Part shown: in pieces, positions 12,949-25,376 of the stretch | Layout: each line of letters begins with the position of its first letter | Position numbering within the stretch: position 1 is the first letter of the stretch | Assembly: GCA_023334545.1 (NCBI GenBank) | Contig: JAADVB010000050.1 | Coordinates: forward strand, 28,018 to 92,017 | Source of the DNA: Salisapilia sapeloensis CBS 127946 | Taxonomy: Eukaryota > Protista > Oomycota | Reading direction: 5' to 3' | DNA length: 64,000 bases | Notes under the pieces: model-generated | What the model saw: the letters and a program-made list of their open reading frames with translations, nothing else | The model's database searches: none | What the model was told of the DNA's origin: nothing | Program-made: the position numbers and the translations under genes

Positions 12949-15295
12949 TCATTCTCTACTCGAAAGCTTGGGAACGAAGACGCCGTTGCGTGATACGGTA
13001 AGGAGGACCTCTTGCATGAGTGGCTTGGGGAGGTTCACAAAGGCCTAAGTGATAGTCAGGGTCAATAATAGAATGATTAGGATCGTTTGATGGAACTAAC
13101 CTCGGTCTTCATGACTTGTCCAAAGTGTTCCAAGATAAAAGCAAGACATTTTTTCTTGAGCGAATGCGCTTCTTGAAAGTCGGCAGCCTAAAAACGATTT
13201 TAAAGGTACATTCCTGTCGAGATAAAGCATGACGTTCGGAATACCTGGAAGACTTCAAAAACATTATCCACAGATAATGTAAACATGCTTTCACAAAGTC
13301 TACAACCATGCATGCATAAAAATATGTCCACACATGAAATTTGTAAGATCGTACCTTTGAAGGTCGACGAGCAGGAATTGGTCAGCTAAAGCCAAGACTT
13401 GGAGGAAGAGCTCTACATCTGCTTTAAGTATCACATGATGATTTGATGTGGATAGTATGCATACGTGTATCCATTTTCTCTGTTTCCCAGCTCTTCACAC
13501 GGTCGGTGTATAGATACTCGAGTAGGATCGCAAACGCATCGTACTATCACATACGTTAGATCACATTATTAGCAGAGTCGCAGCGTATAACGCACCGAGC
13601 AATCTGGAATTTCAATCCGACTCATAGACTCTTCCCGCATGCCTCCCACCAACATTCGCTCGAGTGGTTCACAGCGTGCACCGACGATACAGCGATGTGC
13701 AGGCAAGTCCTTTCCTTCCACGACGAATGTCACGTCGCTATACTGTGCGTTCTTAAAGAGTTTGGATAGATCCAGCCCGAGTGACCGTTGCTGTCCACTC
13801 TGCGAGTCGCTCTTCATGTCTTGTACAATGCACGCCGAGTGGTAGTATCCTGCCGCAACCTATTCCAGATCGTCAAGACAAGTGGCAACTCGAACGCTTT
13901 AGAAGTCAGACCTTGGTGACCGTATAATTACGCAGGGCAGGGATGATCTGCGGAGCCAAGCAGTCGACTGTAGTTTCGAGACCAAGCTGTCCGTGGTTAT
14001 TTCGACCGAAGGGGTATACTTTACCATCGGAAGAAAGCAGTAGAGTGTGGTAACTTCCGCACGCCACCTGCTTCATTTGTATCGATGCCACTGCTTGTAC
14101 CAACTACAATTCTCTTTAGCATCTAGACATACTCCATGATCAACAGAAAAGCTACCGTAGGAACTTGCTTGTCCGTCTTGTGACCCAATCCTAACTGACC
14201 AAACTTGTTCATGCCGAATGTAAAGACAGATCCGTCGGTCGTAATTGCAACGGAATGAAAGTACCCACATCCGATGTGAGGTACAAGTGCTTGATTCAAA
14301 GGTGCCGCTAGGAGTCTCGGCTCACTCACGACATAGCCTGTATCTAGTCTGCCCAATTGCCCCCACTCATTGCTGCCGAAACCAACGACACCACCATCTC
14401 CTGTATGCCTTATTTCATTACTTTTTGCATATACTTCTATGATGAACAAGGACGTACGTAGTGACGCGAGTGTATGATGCTGTCCACAGGCGACCGCCAT
14501 GACCGGCGCAGAGGCAAAGTAGTTTACCGGATATGGCAACTGGCGATCACGATCATCACCAGTTCCTAGCTGCATCTGCTCATTATGACCAAACGTATAC
14601 ACTTGTCCCTCAGTGGTCATCAAGACCGAGTGAAAGTAGCTATTGGCGCCATCCATGATACGTTCATTGCTCAAAGCCGTCACAACTTCCGGCTGTAAAG
14701 TAGACGTCGCAGCCGAGTCTTGTCCGAGCTGACCGTGGGAATTTAATCCCCACGAATACAGTTTTCCGCTCGCTACATCTTGATTAAGATATGCTCGACC
14801 AGATACAAGGAGTAGAGAGTACCTGCAATAGCGAGGGTGTGCTCACTACCATTCGCAGCAATCACATGGTCCATCTTGTCATGATCAAGCGCTGACAGAC
14901 GTGCTGGCTGGTCCATTCGAACGGTTGACCCGACCCCACATTGGCCACTAATGCTACCATGAGGGATTCTCCAAGAAGCAGAATGGGGAACGCACGTACC
15001 TGTCATTAAAACCGAACGCATACACTTCTCCATGCACTAGGACAAAATCAGTACATGTACCTCTTCAGTATCGTCATGTACTTATACCATTGATGACAGT
15101 CGTCTGTTCATTCCCACACGCGACGTCGACGAGTTCCGTCTCGAAGCATGGGACGAGCGTGGGAACATGCCGCTCGAGCACATCCCCGAGCCCGAGCTCA
15201 TGGTAGTTATTCTAGGTCATAATCGAAAGACGTTGGGAGAGAGAAGACATCAGTTGATACGACAAGAGCACCTGTCCAAAGGTCCATAGCGCCAT
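12949..15295 (-). CDS. RCC1-repeat and BTB/POZ(-BACK) domain protein (RCBTB-like)
   Basis: Hand-spliced. Starts MALWTFGQ|NNYHELGLGD. Several RCC1 repeats (GxNxxGQLG...VACGxxH), then BTB (SDVTFVVEGKDLPAHRCIVGARC...FAILLEYLYTD) and a BACK-like tail ending KLSSRE*. Many short introns. Confidence 0.9.
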
Positions 15296-15361
15296 TTCTG
15301 TCCATCAAGATCTTTTTCTTTGTATCAGAATCCGATTCGATCGATAAACCGTACGAGACGA

Positions 15362-16438
15362 ATGACGTCGGAACTACCACTTCTCCGGCGCGTCGGGTCG
15401 AACCACTCGACGGCTAGTATTAGCAGCGCCTCGTCGAAATATTCCCTCCCTCGTGTCGCGTCCGAAGAACTCATTGTACCTGGACCCGAGAGCGTCGACT
15501 CGGTCTACTACGGCGTCGATGCGTTCTCCCCCACGCTCGTCGACCTCTACACGCCCGGACACAAGCGTATCGTCTGGTCTTCACGCGCCCATCGCAAGAT
15601 GATGACGACGCTCCATCGGGCGTGGCACGGACAAGCGTGGCGTCTCTACTCGATCAGCTTCTGGAGCGGTATCTGCGCCCTCGCATCCTTCAGCCTCTTA
15701 GCTATGGGCTTTTTAGCCGAGGCTGTCGTGCATGAACAAAATCCTGCTCGGTCCGTCCACCGACTTGTGGACGATCCCTTGCTGGCAGGTAGCATCCTCT
15801 TCTTTGCTTCCCACGCACTTAGCTACTTGGAAGTCATCAATAGCTGCCACAACCTCGAGCTGTGGCTAGACGAGTACTTTCACGGTCGTCAACCAGTACT
15901 TGAACGTCGCTTTGTCGGGTGCTTCCCTTCTCGTATCGACTTTTGGACTGAGCTGCTCGGCATGGTCGGCGCCTCGTTCTTTGTCGCATCTCGACTTTTC
16001 CTATCACTACGTGCGGATGGCGAGAACTACGGTGTGATTGATGTAGAGAGATCGGACGCAAGTCTGATTATCGGATACTGGTTCCCGTTCTTCCTCGGAT
16101 CTTTCCTGTTGCTCGTCGGAGCCTACTTGGCTCACGTCGAAGTCGTGCATCAATGGTTCTCCTGGCGTTTTGTCACGCTCGAGACGTGGGTGACCGGATT
16201 GAATTTGCTGAGCTGCGTCGGCATCTTCCTATCATCCACACTGCAGTTTATGGATCCGTTTGCAGCGATCTTTACGTTCACGGCATGCATGGCTCCGTTT
16301 GGCGTCGGATGTGCCTTCGGAATGGTGTCCACGGTCTTGGGACTCGTCGAATTGACAACCATCCATACACGCAACCGTCATCCGGAATATGGTCTTTTGG
16401 ATGACGAAGAAGAGACTGGATACGGAACTTGGAAGTAA
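15362..16438 (+). CDS. Multi-pass integral membrane protein of unknown function
   Basis: Intronless. Ser-rich N-terminus followed by about 6-7 hydrophobic segments. Weak resemblance to fungal YrhK-like membrane proteins (unverified). Confidence 0.75.
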   Translation: MTSELPLLRRVGSNHSTASISSASSKYSLPRVASEELIVPGPESVDSVYYGVDAFSPTLVDLYTPGHKRIVWSSRAHRKMMTTLHRAWHGQAWRLYSISFWSGICALASFSLLAMGFLAEAVVHEQNPARSVHRLVDDPLLAGSILFFASHALSYLEVINSCHNLELWLDEYFHGRQPVLERRFVGCFPSRIDFWTELLGMVGASFFVASRLFLSLRADGENYGVIDVERSDASLIIGYWFPFFLGSFLLLVGAYLAHVEVVHQWFSWRFVTLETWVTGLNLLSCVGIFLSSTLQFMDPFAAIFTFTACMAPFGVGCAFGMVSTVLGLVELTTIHTRNRHPEYGLLDDEEETGYGTWK

Positions 16439-17663
16439 CTCCTTTGCACTCCTTTCATGGATATAAACTCGATGGACGAGAACTTCTCTTTCAATTTGCA
16501 TGTCAAACTGCAGTCATTTCGACCCACACCAATACACGCCCGTTACATTTAAAGTTGCTTGCCTTCTTGCGTTGCTTTGCACTTGCTTAGAGAAGGTTGT
16601 ATGTCTAGAAGTACAGGGTAGAGGAAAGAGCGACAGGATTTGATGTACGAAAGGAATAATGCTTTCGATGATTTATGTACGCATTGCATTGTATTTTGTT
16701 TCGGAAGAGTTACCTAGAAAGAGTTTGAAGGAGCTAGCTACTGATGAAAGACACTACACTTGTACATGAAGCTCCAGCGATAGTCGGTCAAGGCACTAAT
16801 TTTTCACTTCGAATCGATGGATAGAAGCGTTTAAAAGGACAAAGGTGGCAACTATGACATCCCGAGAGATCCATAGGATAAAACTTCATTTGCCGATCTT
16901 CTCATAGCCCTTGGAATACATAATACATGCGTGGCCATTTTGTCCGCTGCATTGAGTCGTTCAACGAAAATGAAGTACAGACATTGCTCGATTGCAATGT
17001 TGCATTTCCAAGAAAGCCGGGTAAGATTAGATCTGGTCAGCACTCTGGAGGCCTGGCTTTGCAAGGAAAACAATGATAAAACTCCTTGAGAGCGAAGACA
17101 AGAGGCCAAAAGGATAGGTCTTCTAGTAAAATGACGAGCTTTGGACATTTGGAAAACTGCCACTTCAGCTATGGTGCAGACAAATGGTACGTTCTATTCT
17201 AAAAGTGGCATGGAAAATGTTGATAGCGCTACTACAGCACGTTGGAAATTTATACGAAACCAGATAGTCGTTTCCGGTACATGTCTGGAATGCATTCATA
17301 CTTGTCCCAATGTGCACATCTTTCATCGATGGAAAGTTGAACTCCAAAGTCGTTGCCCATCCTGTTGTAGAGCTCGTAAATCATGTTCGCAGCCACAATT
17401 AATCGGTCTGGTTTATTTCATTCCCCAAGTACTAGTGCCCCGCCTCTGCGACGCCACCGCTACTCGGACAGCTTGCGCATTACCGAACCTCGTGCTGTCC
17501 ATTTGTGTCTGTCAACAAGTTTGGCAAATGTTATCATTTTTCCATTTCGTCCATTGCGTTCGTACTCTCGCTTGCTGGCCACTTCATCTAGGCAGCCTCA
17601 TCTCAAGTTTCTATTCATAGGTGTCTCTTTGCACAGCCGCAGGCCCAGTTTGAATTAGATAGA

Positions 17664-20600
17664 ATGACGGCATCGGATACTGCGTCCCGAGACCGGAGTG
17701 CCAGTTATGCTGAGCTCCGGTCTCCACGTACTGCCAAAGATGCTGACAAATCAGACCACACACTTCCTAATTCTACTGGACATGATTTTACCATCGACTT
17801 TCCGTCGAACCATACGTACGATGCCGACTTGGTCATGATATTTCCTCGTCGAGAGGGTGGTGAAAAGTCCAAGCAAAAGGACTTTACGATCGATGCGTTT
17901 GCCGCTCTCATGCTTGGCGAGAACTTGGATGAATCACAAACCCAAGGGGAGATTGTAGTCGACCCATTCAAACGCGTGTTGCAGACAGAACGGTGTTTCT
18001 TATCGGATTATGGAGAGACTCGTTCGTCAGTCCATCGACGGACGACGACACATAAGCAAGAGATGAGGACACTGCATTCCCGTAAGAAGATTCTTAAGGA
18101 AGAGTATATTAGCTTTGTGGGCCATCAAGGCCCGATCCCGGAAGCCACATTCTGTGAACTGGTCGCCACAGCCATCGCTCGTCGTGTCCAGGTTGCATGT
18201 GGACTCACCACTCGCATGTTCCGTTCGTATGACAACGATGAGATCATTATGACGATCAAAGCGGATGATCATGATCTACGCACCGAAGCCGATCGGTCTG
18301 CATATCACTTGCAGCTAAGTAATCGTCCTTTTGACGATCGATTGCATTCCGGAAAGCATGCGATATTGGCCAAGGAGATTGGAGACGAAGGGATGAAGGA
18401 AGCTCGACTGCATCTATTCCACACACGTGGATCGGTCGCGCAGCAGGAGACAAAGGAAAGAGAGAACGGGACTATTCTGGGCGTCGAACATGATGAAGCT
18501 GAGAGTTTCAACGAATGCGACTCGGAGGATGAATCCGATGCTCCTGAGATGGACCCTCTGCTGATTTCAAGAGGTCCGGACTATCATCCTTCCTTGTACA
18601 ATTCCCTAAAACAATGGGGACATACGGAAGAGGCGGATGGATGGTTTGTCGAGAGCAACGAGTACTCTCAGGTAGAAGGAAATCGTCTCACGCGTTTTTT
18701 GACTGGCCTCGTGTCCATTCCGTACGATCCCATGACATACTTTGCTCCGTATGCTGAATACAGGATGGATACCAAGTACCAACCATTCTACCGTCGATAT
18801 CCGATCCAATGGAAGGACAAGAAAGAGGAGACGCTGTTCACACAAGTCGATCGTATTCGCCTCATTGCTCGCATCATCAATCGACACATTGGTACCGAAC
18901 CACTGCAAGTAGCGAATTACTTGGAAGGCTCCATGTTCGCTCTGCATGACGAGACTGCGCTGGAGGATTTGCGTCGATCGTGGGCTAAACGCTGGCACGT
19001 TTTGCATCAGCCACTGAACAAGATCCGGTCGTACTTTGGCGAACAGATCTCTCTCTACTTTGCCTGGGTCGGCTTTTACACCAAGATGCTCGTCGTTCCA
19101 TCTATCGGCGGCATCATTACGTTCATTTACAACCAGATTAAACGCAGCGATGATGATAAGACGAACGACCAAGGGTACTTGTTGATCGCTTTCTCTGCCT
19201 ACATTGTTCTTTGGTCCATGGTCTTCTCTGAAGCCTGGAAGCGGAAGAACGCGAGCTTTAATGCTCTATGGGGCATGGGCGAGCTAAGCACTAATATGCA
19301 CTACCGACCTCAGTTCCATGGCGTCCGCAGCTACGACTCTGTGACGGATGAAGTAGAACTTACGTACGCTGACCGCAAGCGACGTCATTGCATGATGGGT
19401 GTATCAGTCCTCGTGGTATCGATTATGGTCGGTATCGTCTGTCTAGCGCTCTTCGGACTGTTCTGGCTCAAGTTTACTATTAATGATAATGACGAGCTGC
19501 AAGGGTATGACGTTGGAAGCAATCGTACTATCCTAACGGGCTGCGTGACGGTACTGAATGCCGTTCAGATTCTCGTATTGAATATGGTCTATCGTTACGT
19601 GGCAGAGCACTTGAACTCATTAGAGAACCATCGGACGCATGAGGAGTATCAGAACTACTTGGTCATTAAAGTGTTCTTGTTCCAGTTCTGCAACTCCTTC
19701 GCATCGCTTTTCTACATTGCTTTCATCAAGAGATCTGTCGAACATGAGTGCTTGTACGAAGACGACTGTCTGCTTGAACTGCGTGACCAGTTGCTCATCC
19801 TCTTCCTCATTCGTATCGTTGCTGGTAACTTTATGGAAGTCGCGAAACCGTATTTCAAGTACTGGTTCAAGATCTTAAAAGAGCGATGTTTGACTAAGGG
19901 ACAAGGATTCAAGGAACATAACAGAGTCGAGAAACAAGCCAAACTCGAATACTACGGCGCAGAGGAGGCCTTTGATGACTACAATGAACTGGTGCTCCAA
20001 TTCGGCTTTATAGTTCTCTTCCCCGTGGCAATGCCGTTGACACCATTGCTGGCACTTGTGAACAACTTGATTGAGATCCATGTCGACTCGGTCAAGGTAA
20101 GACTTACCCATCGATATGCCGTTGTTGTGGATTTGATAACTAATGAGTGTTGCCTAGCTGTGCTACATGTACCGGCGTCCATTCCCATATCCAGCGAAGG
20201 ATATTGGAGCTTGGTTTTACATTATGGTAGGAAAGCTGATGTAGTCGTATCTGATCTACGTGCTTATGTTGTTATACAATAGCGATTCATGTCGTACGCA
20301 GCCATGACAACTAATGCAGCGTTGATCATCTGGACGTCCAACTTGTTCGGAGACTCGATGAGTGACTCGACTAAGGCGTTTGTGTTTGTGCTGTGCTGTC
20401 AGCTCTGTCTCATGGTTGCCTTCACTGTCGAACGTACGTATCTACCGCTACTGAGTGGGAGTATTCGTAGACTGACTTTTATACGTGATAGGTTTGATTC
20501 CGGATCAGCCGTATCATGTTCGACTGCTTTTGCGTCGTCATGAGCACATTGTTGCACAGGTCTTCCATGGACTGATGCGTGCGGATGATGACGCGGATTT

Positions 20601-20691
20601 GTCTGAGAGAGCGGAGAGGGTGGATGTGACGATTTATCCGAATGAAGAATGGGAAAACTCAATCGAATCCACAGACAGCTCTCGGCAATAA
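17664..20691 (+). CDS. Anoctamin/TMEM16 family Ca2+-activated channel or scramblase
   Basis: Motifs IRSYFGEQISLYFAW, LENHRT...YQNYLVIKVFLFQFCNSFASLFYIAF and DDYNELVLQFGFIVLF...PLLALVNNLIEIHVD. Three 3' introns join ORFs 20289-20543 and 20485-20691. Confidence 0.93.
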
Positions 20692-21879
20692 GAGTATACG
20701 CCAAGTGATTCTCATTCGAGTTTACTTTCTACATTAATGCATAGCCTGAATAAATCGTTGTTTAACATGAAAGCAACTGATTGATTTAGGCCTTGTTTGT
20801 GCTGAATACCGATTCGACAGAATTGGGGATTCGCATTTTGTACTTTATTCATGAGAATCGAATCAGGCAGTTCCACGTTCGCTGAGAATAGCCGATTTTA
20901 CTTTGCCGCTTGCCGTTGCAAACCTAACGAAACACTACGATATAACTTTCCCATCAAAATCGGAGTATAAGAGCAAATGGTCATTCAACTAGGATGCAAC
21001 CAAGAGGAGATGATCTTCGAGAAGACTTCAAGGCATGTGTGGTGCTCGAAATGTGTACATTTGTAAAAACGCGCGAAAGACTCGGTGAGCTATTCGCTTT
21101 ACTTGCGCTATTGAGCTATTCGCTATTATTTCGGAACAGACAGAATAGTTATGGACGAAATAGTTTAGAGATATTTGCGACTCACAGTGTACTCCGTCCC
21201 ACTGAATTGGCGAAGAGCTCAATATTGCAAGTAAATCGAATGCAACTTCAACGTGAAGGGCTTCTGAGGATATGCTCGACACTTTTCCAATCCAAAGCAT
21301 GACAGAGTAACGGACAATATACGTGGATAGGACTGGAAAGGAAACTAGCGATGTAAGAGTAGGATGAACGACCAAAGGCTTGGGCAGTGATTCTAATTAT
21401 AATTTATCCATGTTTCTTTGCAAAATACCGATTGTTCCTTGCATACTACTCAACTATCTGCTGAACGAGCACTGCTTTAATGTGCAATTAAGTCTAGCAT
21501 ACAAATGCAGTGGATCCTGTATGGTTCACGGACTAGACAATATTTTAAAACATGGTGCATTCATGCGAACATTTTCTATTTTTGCTTAATTTCGGTTATG
21601 CTGCCAGGAAGATTTTTGGTCACACTTATAATTCGCCTTCAAATAGTACTCTGCTTTCTTAGCTGCTTCCATTTTATCTATGATGCATGGAGATTGACAA
21701 GAAATTGGGCCAGAAAAGCTCCAAACGCTGCTCAGTAACGAGTCTCTATGAGGGATTTCAGTAACCAAACGAACGATAGCGCTTTCTTTAAGCTTAAGTA
21801 AGCATATCAAGATCATTTATTGGCATTTTATGGTACGAAGCCGCTCTAGGAGTACAGCAGGAGCTTCCAGATGCGAAGT

Positions 21880-22395
21880 TTAGCGGCTTCTAAGGATATT
21901 CATAGCAGCACTGCGAGGTAGCTGCAGCGAAGACTGGAGCGAATGAAGACATTGCTCCTCGAAAAACTCTCGCACAAGTCGATGGACGGACTGGGACGTG
22001 TACTTATACAGCTCCAGGTAGCTGGAAGGCGGTTGCTCCAACTCGTCTGGGGACACAGACCACTCGCTCTTGCATAGATCATACCAATACGCATCGTTTC
22101 CGCAAATATCGTATAGAAGACGACTGCAGAGGCGCAAAGTGCAGAGCGACTTGCCATCCAGAAAAGTCAGGATCCGGTGCAGGGTCTCATCGCAAGTCGA
22201 GTCCAGCAGTCCTCGGTGTCGAACGACAAGCGAGTCTTCACCTGTCAAAGCGAAATGGGAACGTTCTAGCAGCACCCGCTGCACCTGGTTCCTCCACTCT
22301 GGATCATAAATTGTGGAAGAAGCAAGCGGATGCGGCTGCGACCGAGGGTGAAGAATAAGCGCCCTAGACTCATCCTTCTCCTCCTTGTCAGACAT
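21880..22395 (-). CDS. Small F-box protein
   Basis: F-box motif CDETLHRILTFLDGKSLCTLRLCSRLLYDICGNDAYWYDLC. ATG at 22395. Confidence 0.8.
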   Translation of the reverse strand: MSDKEEKDESRALILHPRSQPHPLASSTIYDPEWRNQVQRVLLERSHFALTGEDSLVVRHRGLLDSTCDETLHRILTFLDGKSLCTLRLCSRLLYDICGNDAYWYDLCKSEWSVSPDELEQPPSSYLELYKYTSQSVHRLVREFFEEQCLHSLQSSLQLPRSAAMNILRSR

Positions 22396-22490
22396 GCTGA
22401 ACACGACAAAAGTGCGAGATGTCAGCTAGAAATAGAAATATATTTATTTATGTATCTACAAGTTGATTTGATTAAATTTTCTGTTTTACA

Positions 22491-22498
22491 CCAATCAC
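22491..22498 (+). promoter_or_regulatory. CCAAT box in the F-box/DOT1-like divergent promoter
   Basis: CCAATCAC lies 75 nt upstream of the DOT1-like ATG. The same motif (GTGATTGG on +) occurs at 62329-62336 upstream of the H+-ATPase. Confidence 0.4.
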
Positions 22499-22572
22499 AG
22501 CGGTGATGCCTGGTGCTCATTCGGCGCCAAAACGCGATTTATTGGCACGGGGGACGTATACCTCCCATAAGC

Positions 22573-23721
22573 ATGTCACCTCAAGAGCGTCTAGAAGCAG
22601 AAGATAGTAAATCCACTTCACTGAAGTCTTCAGAAGAAGCTCCAGCAGACGTTGTGGTTGTAGATGAAGGCGAGTCGGAATGCACGCCATCGACTTTGTC
22701 ACAACCGATGGCCAAGTCCACCCCAGCTCCATCGAAAAGGAAGAAACGGAATAGAGTTGCGTCTACTAGCTCTGCTGTTCCAGGCAAAGCGATTCCAATG
22801 GCTGAAGCTCGTGAAAAGGAAGTCGCGAAACGCTTTGTCGAGCTAGAAGTGAGTGAAGTGTACAAAGCGATTCGAAAGCAGACGGGAGCACTAGGTGGCA
22901 ATGCTGCTGGTGGAGCTATCTACGGAGAAATCACACAATCTTCTTTCCAACGTGTCATTGATTTCCTAAAAGATAATTGTGAATTGGATGAATCGAGCTT
23001 ATTCCTAGACGTTGGCTCTGGTCTAGGGAAGCCCAACCTGCATACAGCAGTGGACCCAGGCGTCGAAGTATCCTACGGTCTAGAGTTAGAAGAATTGCGA
23101 TGGCAGTTGTCACTCGTAAATCTCAAGAGTGTCCTGGCTGTCGAAGCTTGCAAGCACCGTCCGATGCGTGTGGTGTTTACTAGTGGCGACATCTCGGACG
23201 CCCAGACGCTGGAGCCGTTTACACACATCTACAGCTTCGACGTCGGCTTCCCTCCTTTCGTCATGCACAAGCTCGCCAAGATCTTTAACAAGAGCACAGC
23301 GAACTACTTTACGAGTTTCCATTCGCCTCGGAAGTTTATCGATAACTACGGCTTTGACGTCAAGAGCATCGGACGTGTCCATACGTCCATGGCAGGGTCA
23401 AGTGAAGGTCACACGTGCTACTTTTACCAGCGTGTGGAGATGAAGCCGAGACCAGAGAGCTTGTTACATGTAGATCCACTCTTCCGCCCAGGCTTTGACG
23501 TCGTGAGTCAAGGGCGAGAGCGTCTATATGCGTGGATCCAGAGCCAAGGAGGTGATAATAACAAGGAGAGGGCGACGCGTACACGTACTCGTCGTCTAAA
23601 AGCAGTGAAACGGAAGCAGGAGAGACCGTTGGAATCGTTCTACAAGGTCATTGGCAAGTCGCACGTGATGGAAGATGACGCTTTGACGAAAAAGAGACGT
23701 ACGTCGTTGGTTTCGGCATAG
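22573..23721 (+). CDS. DOT1-like SAM-dependent histone-lysine methyltransferase
   Basis: Motifs AIYGEITQSSF and FLDVGSGLGKP...YGLELEELR, plus GDI...FTHIYSFD. Basic, low-complexity termini. Confidence 0.82.
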   Translation: MSPQERLEAEDSKSTSLKSSEEAPADVVVVDEGESECTPSTLSQPMAKSTPAPSKRKKRNRVASTSSAVPGKAIPMAEAREKEVAKRFVELEVSEVYKAIRKQTGALGGNAAGGAIYGEITQSSFQRVIDFLKDNCELDESSLFLDVGSGLGKPNLHTAVDPGVEVSYGLELEELRWQLSLVNLKSVLAVEACKHRPMRVVFTSGDISDAQTLEPFTHIYSFDVGFPPFVMHKLAKIFNKSTANYFTSFHSPRKFIDNYGFDVKSIGRVHTSMAGSSEGHTCYFYQRVEMKPRPESLLHVDPLFRPGFDVVSQGRERLYAWIQSQGGDNNKERATRTRTRRLKAVKRKQERPLESFYKVIGKSHVMEDDALTKKRRTSLVSA

Positions 23722-23840
23722 ATTTTGAATTAAAAAGGGCAAGTTTTACATGTACCTGATGGACTAATTGTTCGACGCCATCTTCTTGATCGATTTTAAA
23801 TAGACGAAAGCGTCATGGAAGCAGCCAGTGTCTTTGGGAG

Positions 23841-25097
23841 TTAATCCACGAGACTGTCGATGAAGTCACCAAAGGCATTGAACATGTCTGCTGTATGATC
23901 GTTGTCCAAGACACGGGAAACGGCGTCGATACTCGCGTCAAACATGTCGTGCATGTCGGAGTCAATGCGGGGTTGCTTTGAACTGGAGACTACGACTACA
24001 TCGTTGTGGCTGAATCCGATGGAATGGCCAATCTTGTGTAGATGCCCACTACTCTCACTATCTTCGGACTCGCTACTGTCATCCAACAGTTCTTCACATT
24101 CGATATCGCCGAACGCAGACAGTTCGCTCACGTGTGATATGACTTCGTTCGAGATGTCTGCAAAGAGTTGGAAGACATCTTCGACTTCATCTTTCGTAGG
24201 TAGAATATCGTAGGCTTCATGTGCTGAGGAACCAGTGTACAAATTCGTTTTCTCTTGGATAGCAGCACCGGCACGACGGTAGTTGTTGCCATCAAAAGCT
24301 TCTCGCGTGATGTCTCGACAAAGCATCAGCATGTCATACAGCTCTTCGCTGTGAGCTGTATCATACGCCCATTTGATTATGTAGAATGCATTTTGAGGAC
24401 CGAGAGTGCGTATAAGGAAGCGCACGCTACTCTTCGCTTGATCCACGCAATCTTCTTGCGAGACGTGAGAAGCTAGGCTAGGAGATAGAGACACGAGCAA
24501 GTGGTAGGCCGGAATGGCAATGCCATACGATACGACCGATACGGACGCATCTCCCGTCGCGAACGCACTATCGCGAACGACACCCGAGAGACGGTCGGTG
24601 GTAGCACTAAATGTCGAATGCGCTCGTGTCGAGACACCTGTGTAAATATTACGCGATGTACGGGTCACTACTGCGTGGGAGTGCGTAATTGCACCAGAGA
24701 TCTTCCGACCGCTGTAGTTCGCGACGCTGATCGGCACGGATGCTGCTGCCGAGATACCAGATACGACAGTACGAGCTGGGAACAATAGCACTCGTTTGAT
24801 CGCATGTTCAGCTTCAACAGGAGGTACATCATTCACATCCGTGAGTCGGGGCTGTTCCGACGGAGTCACTTGAGCTTCCTTTCCCCACGCGCTGTAGATG
24901 CTGCCAGTGATTCGGCCTGGCACGTGCAGTGCGTAGTTCGTCACGCTTAGCGCCATGCGTCCACAGAAGATGTATGGATAGAAGACGACAGTCGCAACGG
25001 TAATTGCGGAAGTGACTACGATCTGCACGGCTGACCGCCGCTCTTGGCTTCGTACGGCCGCATCCGTCGCCTGCGACGTGATCTCCTCTGGTGCCAT
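23841..25097 (-). CDS. Hypothetical protein with an N-terminal hydrophobic segment
   Basis: Long intronless ORF. ATG at 25097 (MAPEEITSQ). One TM-like stretch, IVVTSAITVATVVFYPYIFC. Confidence 0.7.
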   Translation of the reverse strand: MAPEEITSQATDAAVRSQERRSAVQIVVTSAITVATVVFYPYIFCGRMALSVTNYALHVPGRITGSIYSAWGKEAQVTPSEQPRLTDVNDVPPVEAEHAIKRVLLFPARTVVSGISAAASVPISVANYSGRKISGAITHSHAVVTRTSRNIYTGVSTRAHSTFSATTDRLSGVVRDSAFATGDASVSVVSYGIAIPAYHLLVSLSPSLASHVSQEDCVDQAKSSVRFLIRTLGPQNAFYIIKWAYDTAHSEELYDMLMLCRDITREAFDGNNYRRAGAAIQEKTNLYTGSSAHEAYDILPTKDEVEDVFQLFADISNEVISHVSELSAFGDIECEELLDDSSESEDSESSGHLHKIGHSIGFSHNDVVVVSSSKQPRIDSDMHDMFDASIDAVSRVLDNDHTADMFNAFGDFIDSLVD

Positions 25098-25376
25098 GTG
25101 CCGTCGAGCGTGTGTGTTTGTGCTGGATGTTTTGTATTGGCTAATAATAGGCATTCGTAACGCTGTTGATTGGTGAAGAAAAGGTAGACAGACAGGTCAT
25201 ACTGAAGTCAAGTAGTTTGACAGTCGACGGCACAAAGTATACGGCGAGAGAGAGCGGTGGGAGAACGGTTCGAGTTCCTCTCTTCATCATCCTTGACGCG
25301 ACAGTATCTCCGTCAAGTTATTCGAATATCTTGCGAAACGGACTGCGACACTCTGGCGCCGATACGATAGAGAAGG

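Noticed and set aside
15170-15215. Apparent frameshift near the start of the RCC1-BTB gene
   Set aside because: On re-reading, the frame is continuous (GDVLERHVP) once the first intron is removed.
21892-21899. ATATCCTT resembling a U12-type (AT-AC) donor in the F-box gene
   Set aside because: It lies five codons before a normal stop, no U12 branch site (TCCTTAAC) follows, and the frame closes without it.
25267-25273. GGTTCGA resembling a tRNA T-loop
   Set aside because: The flanks do not form a T-stem or acceptor stem, and there is no cloverleaf.
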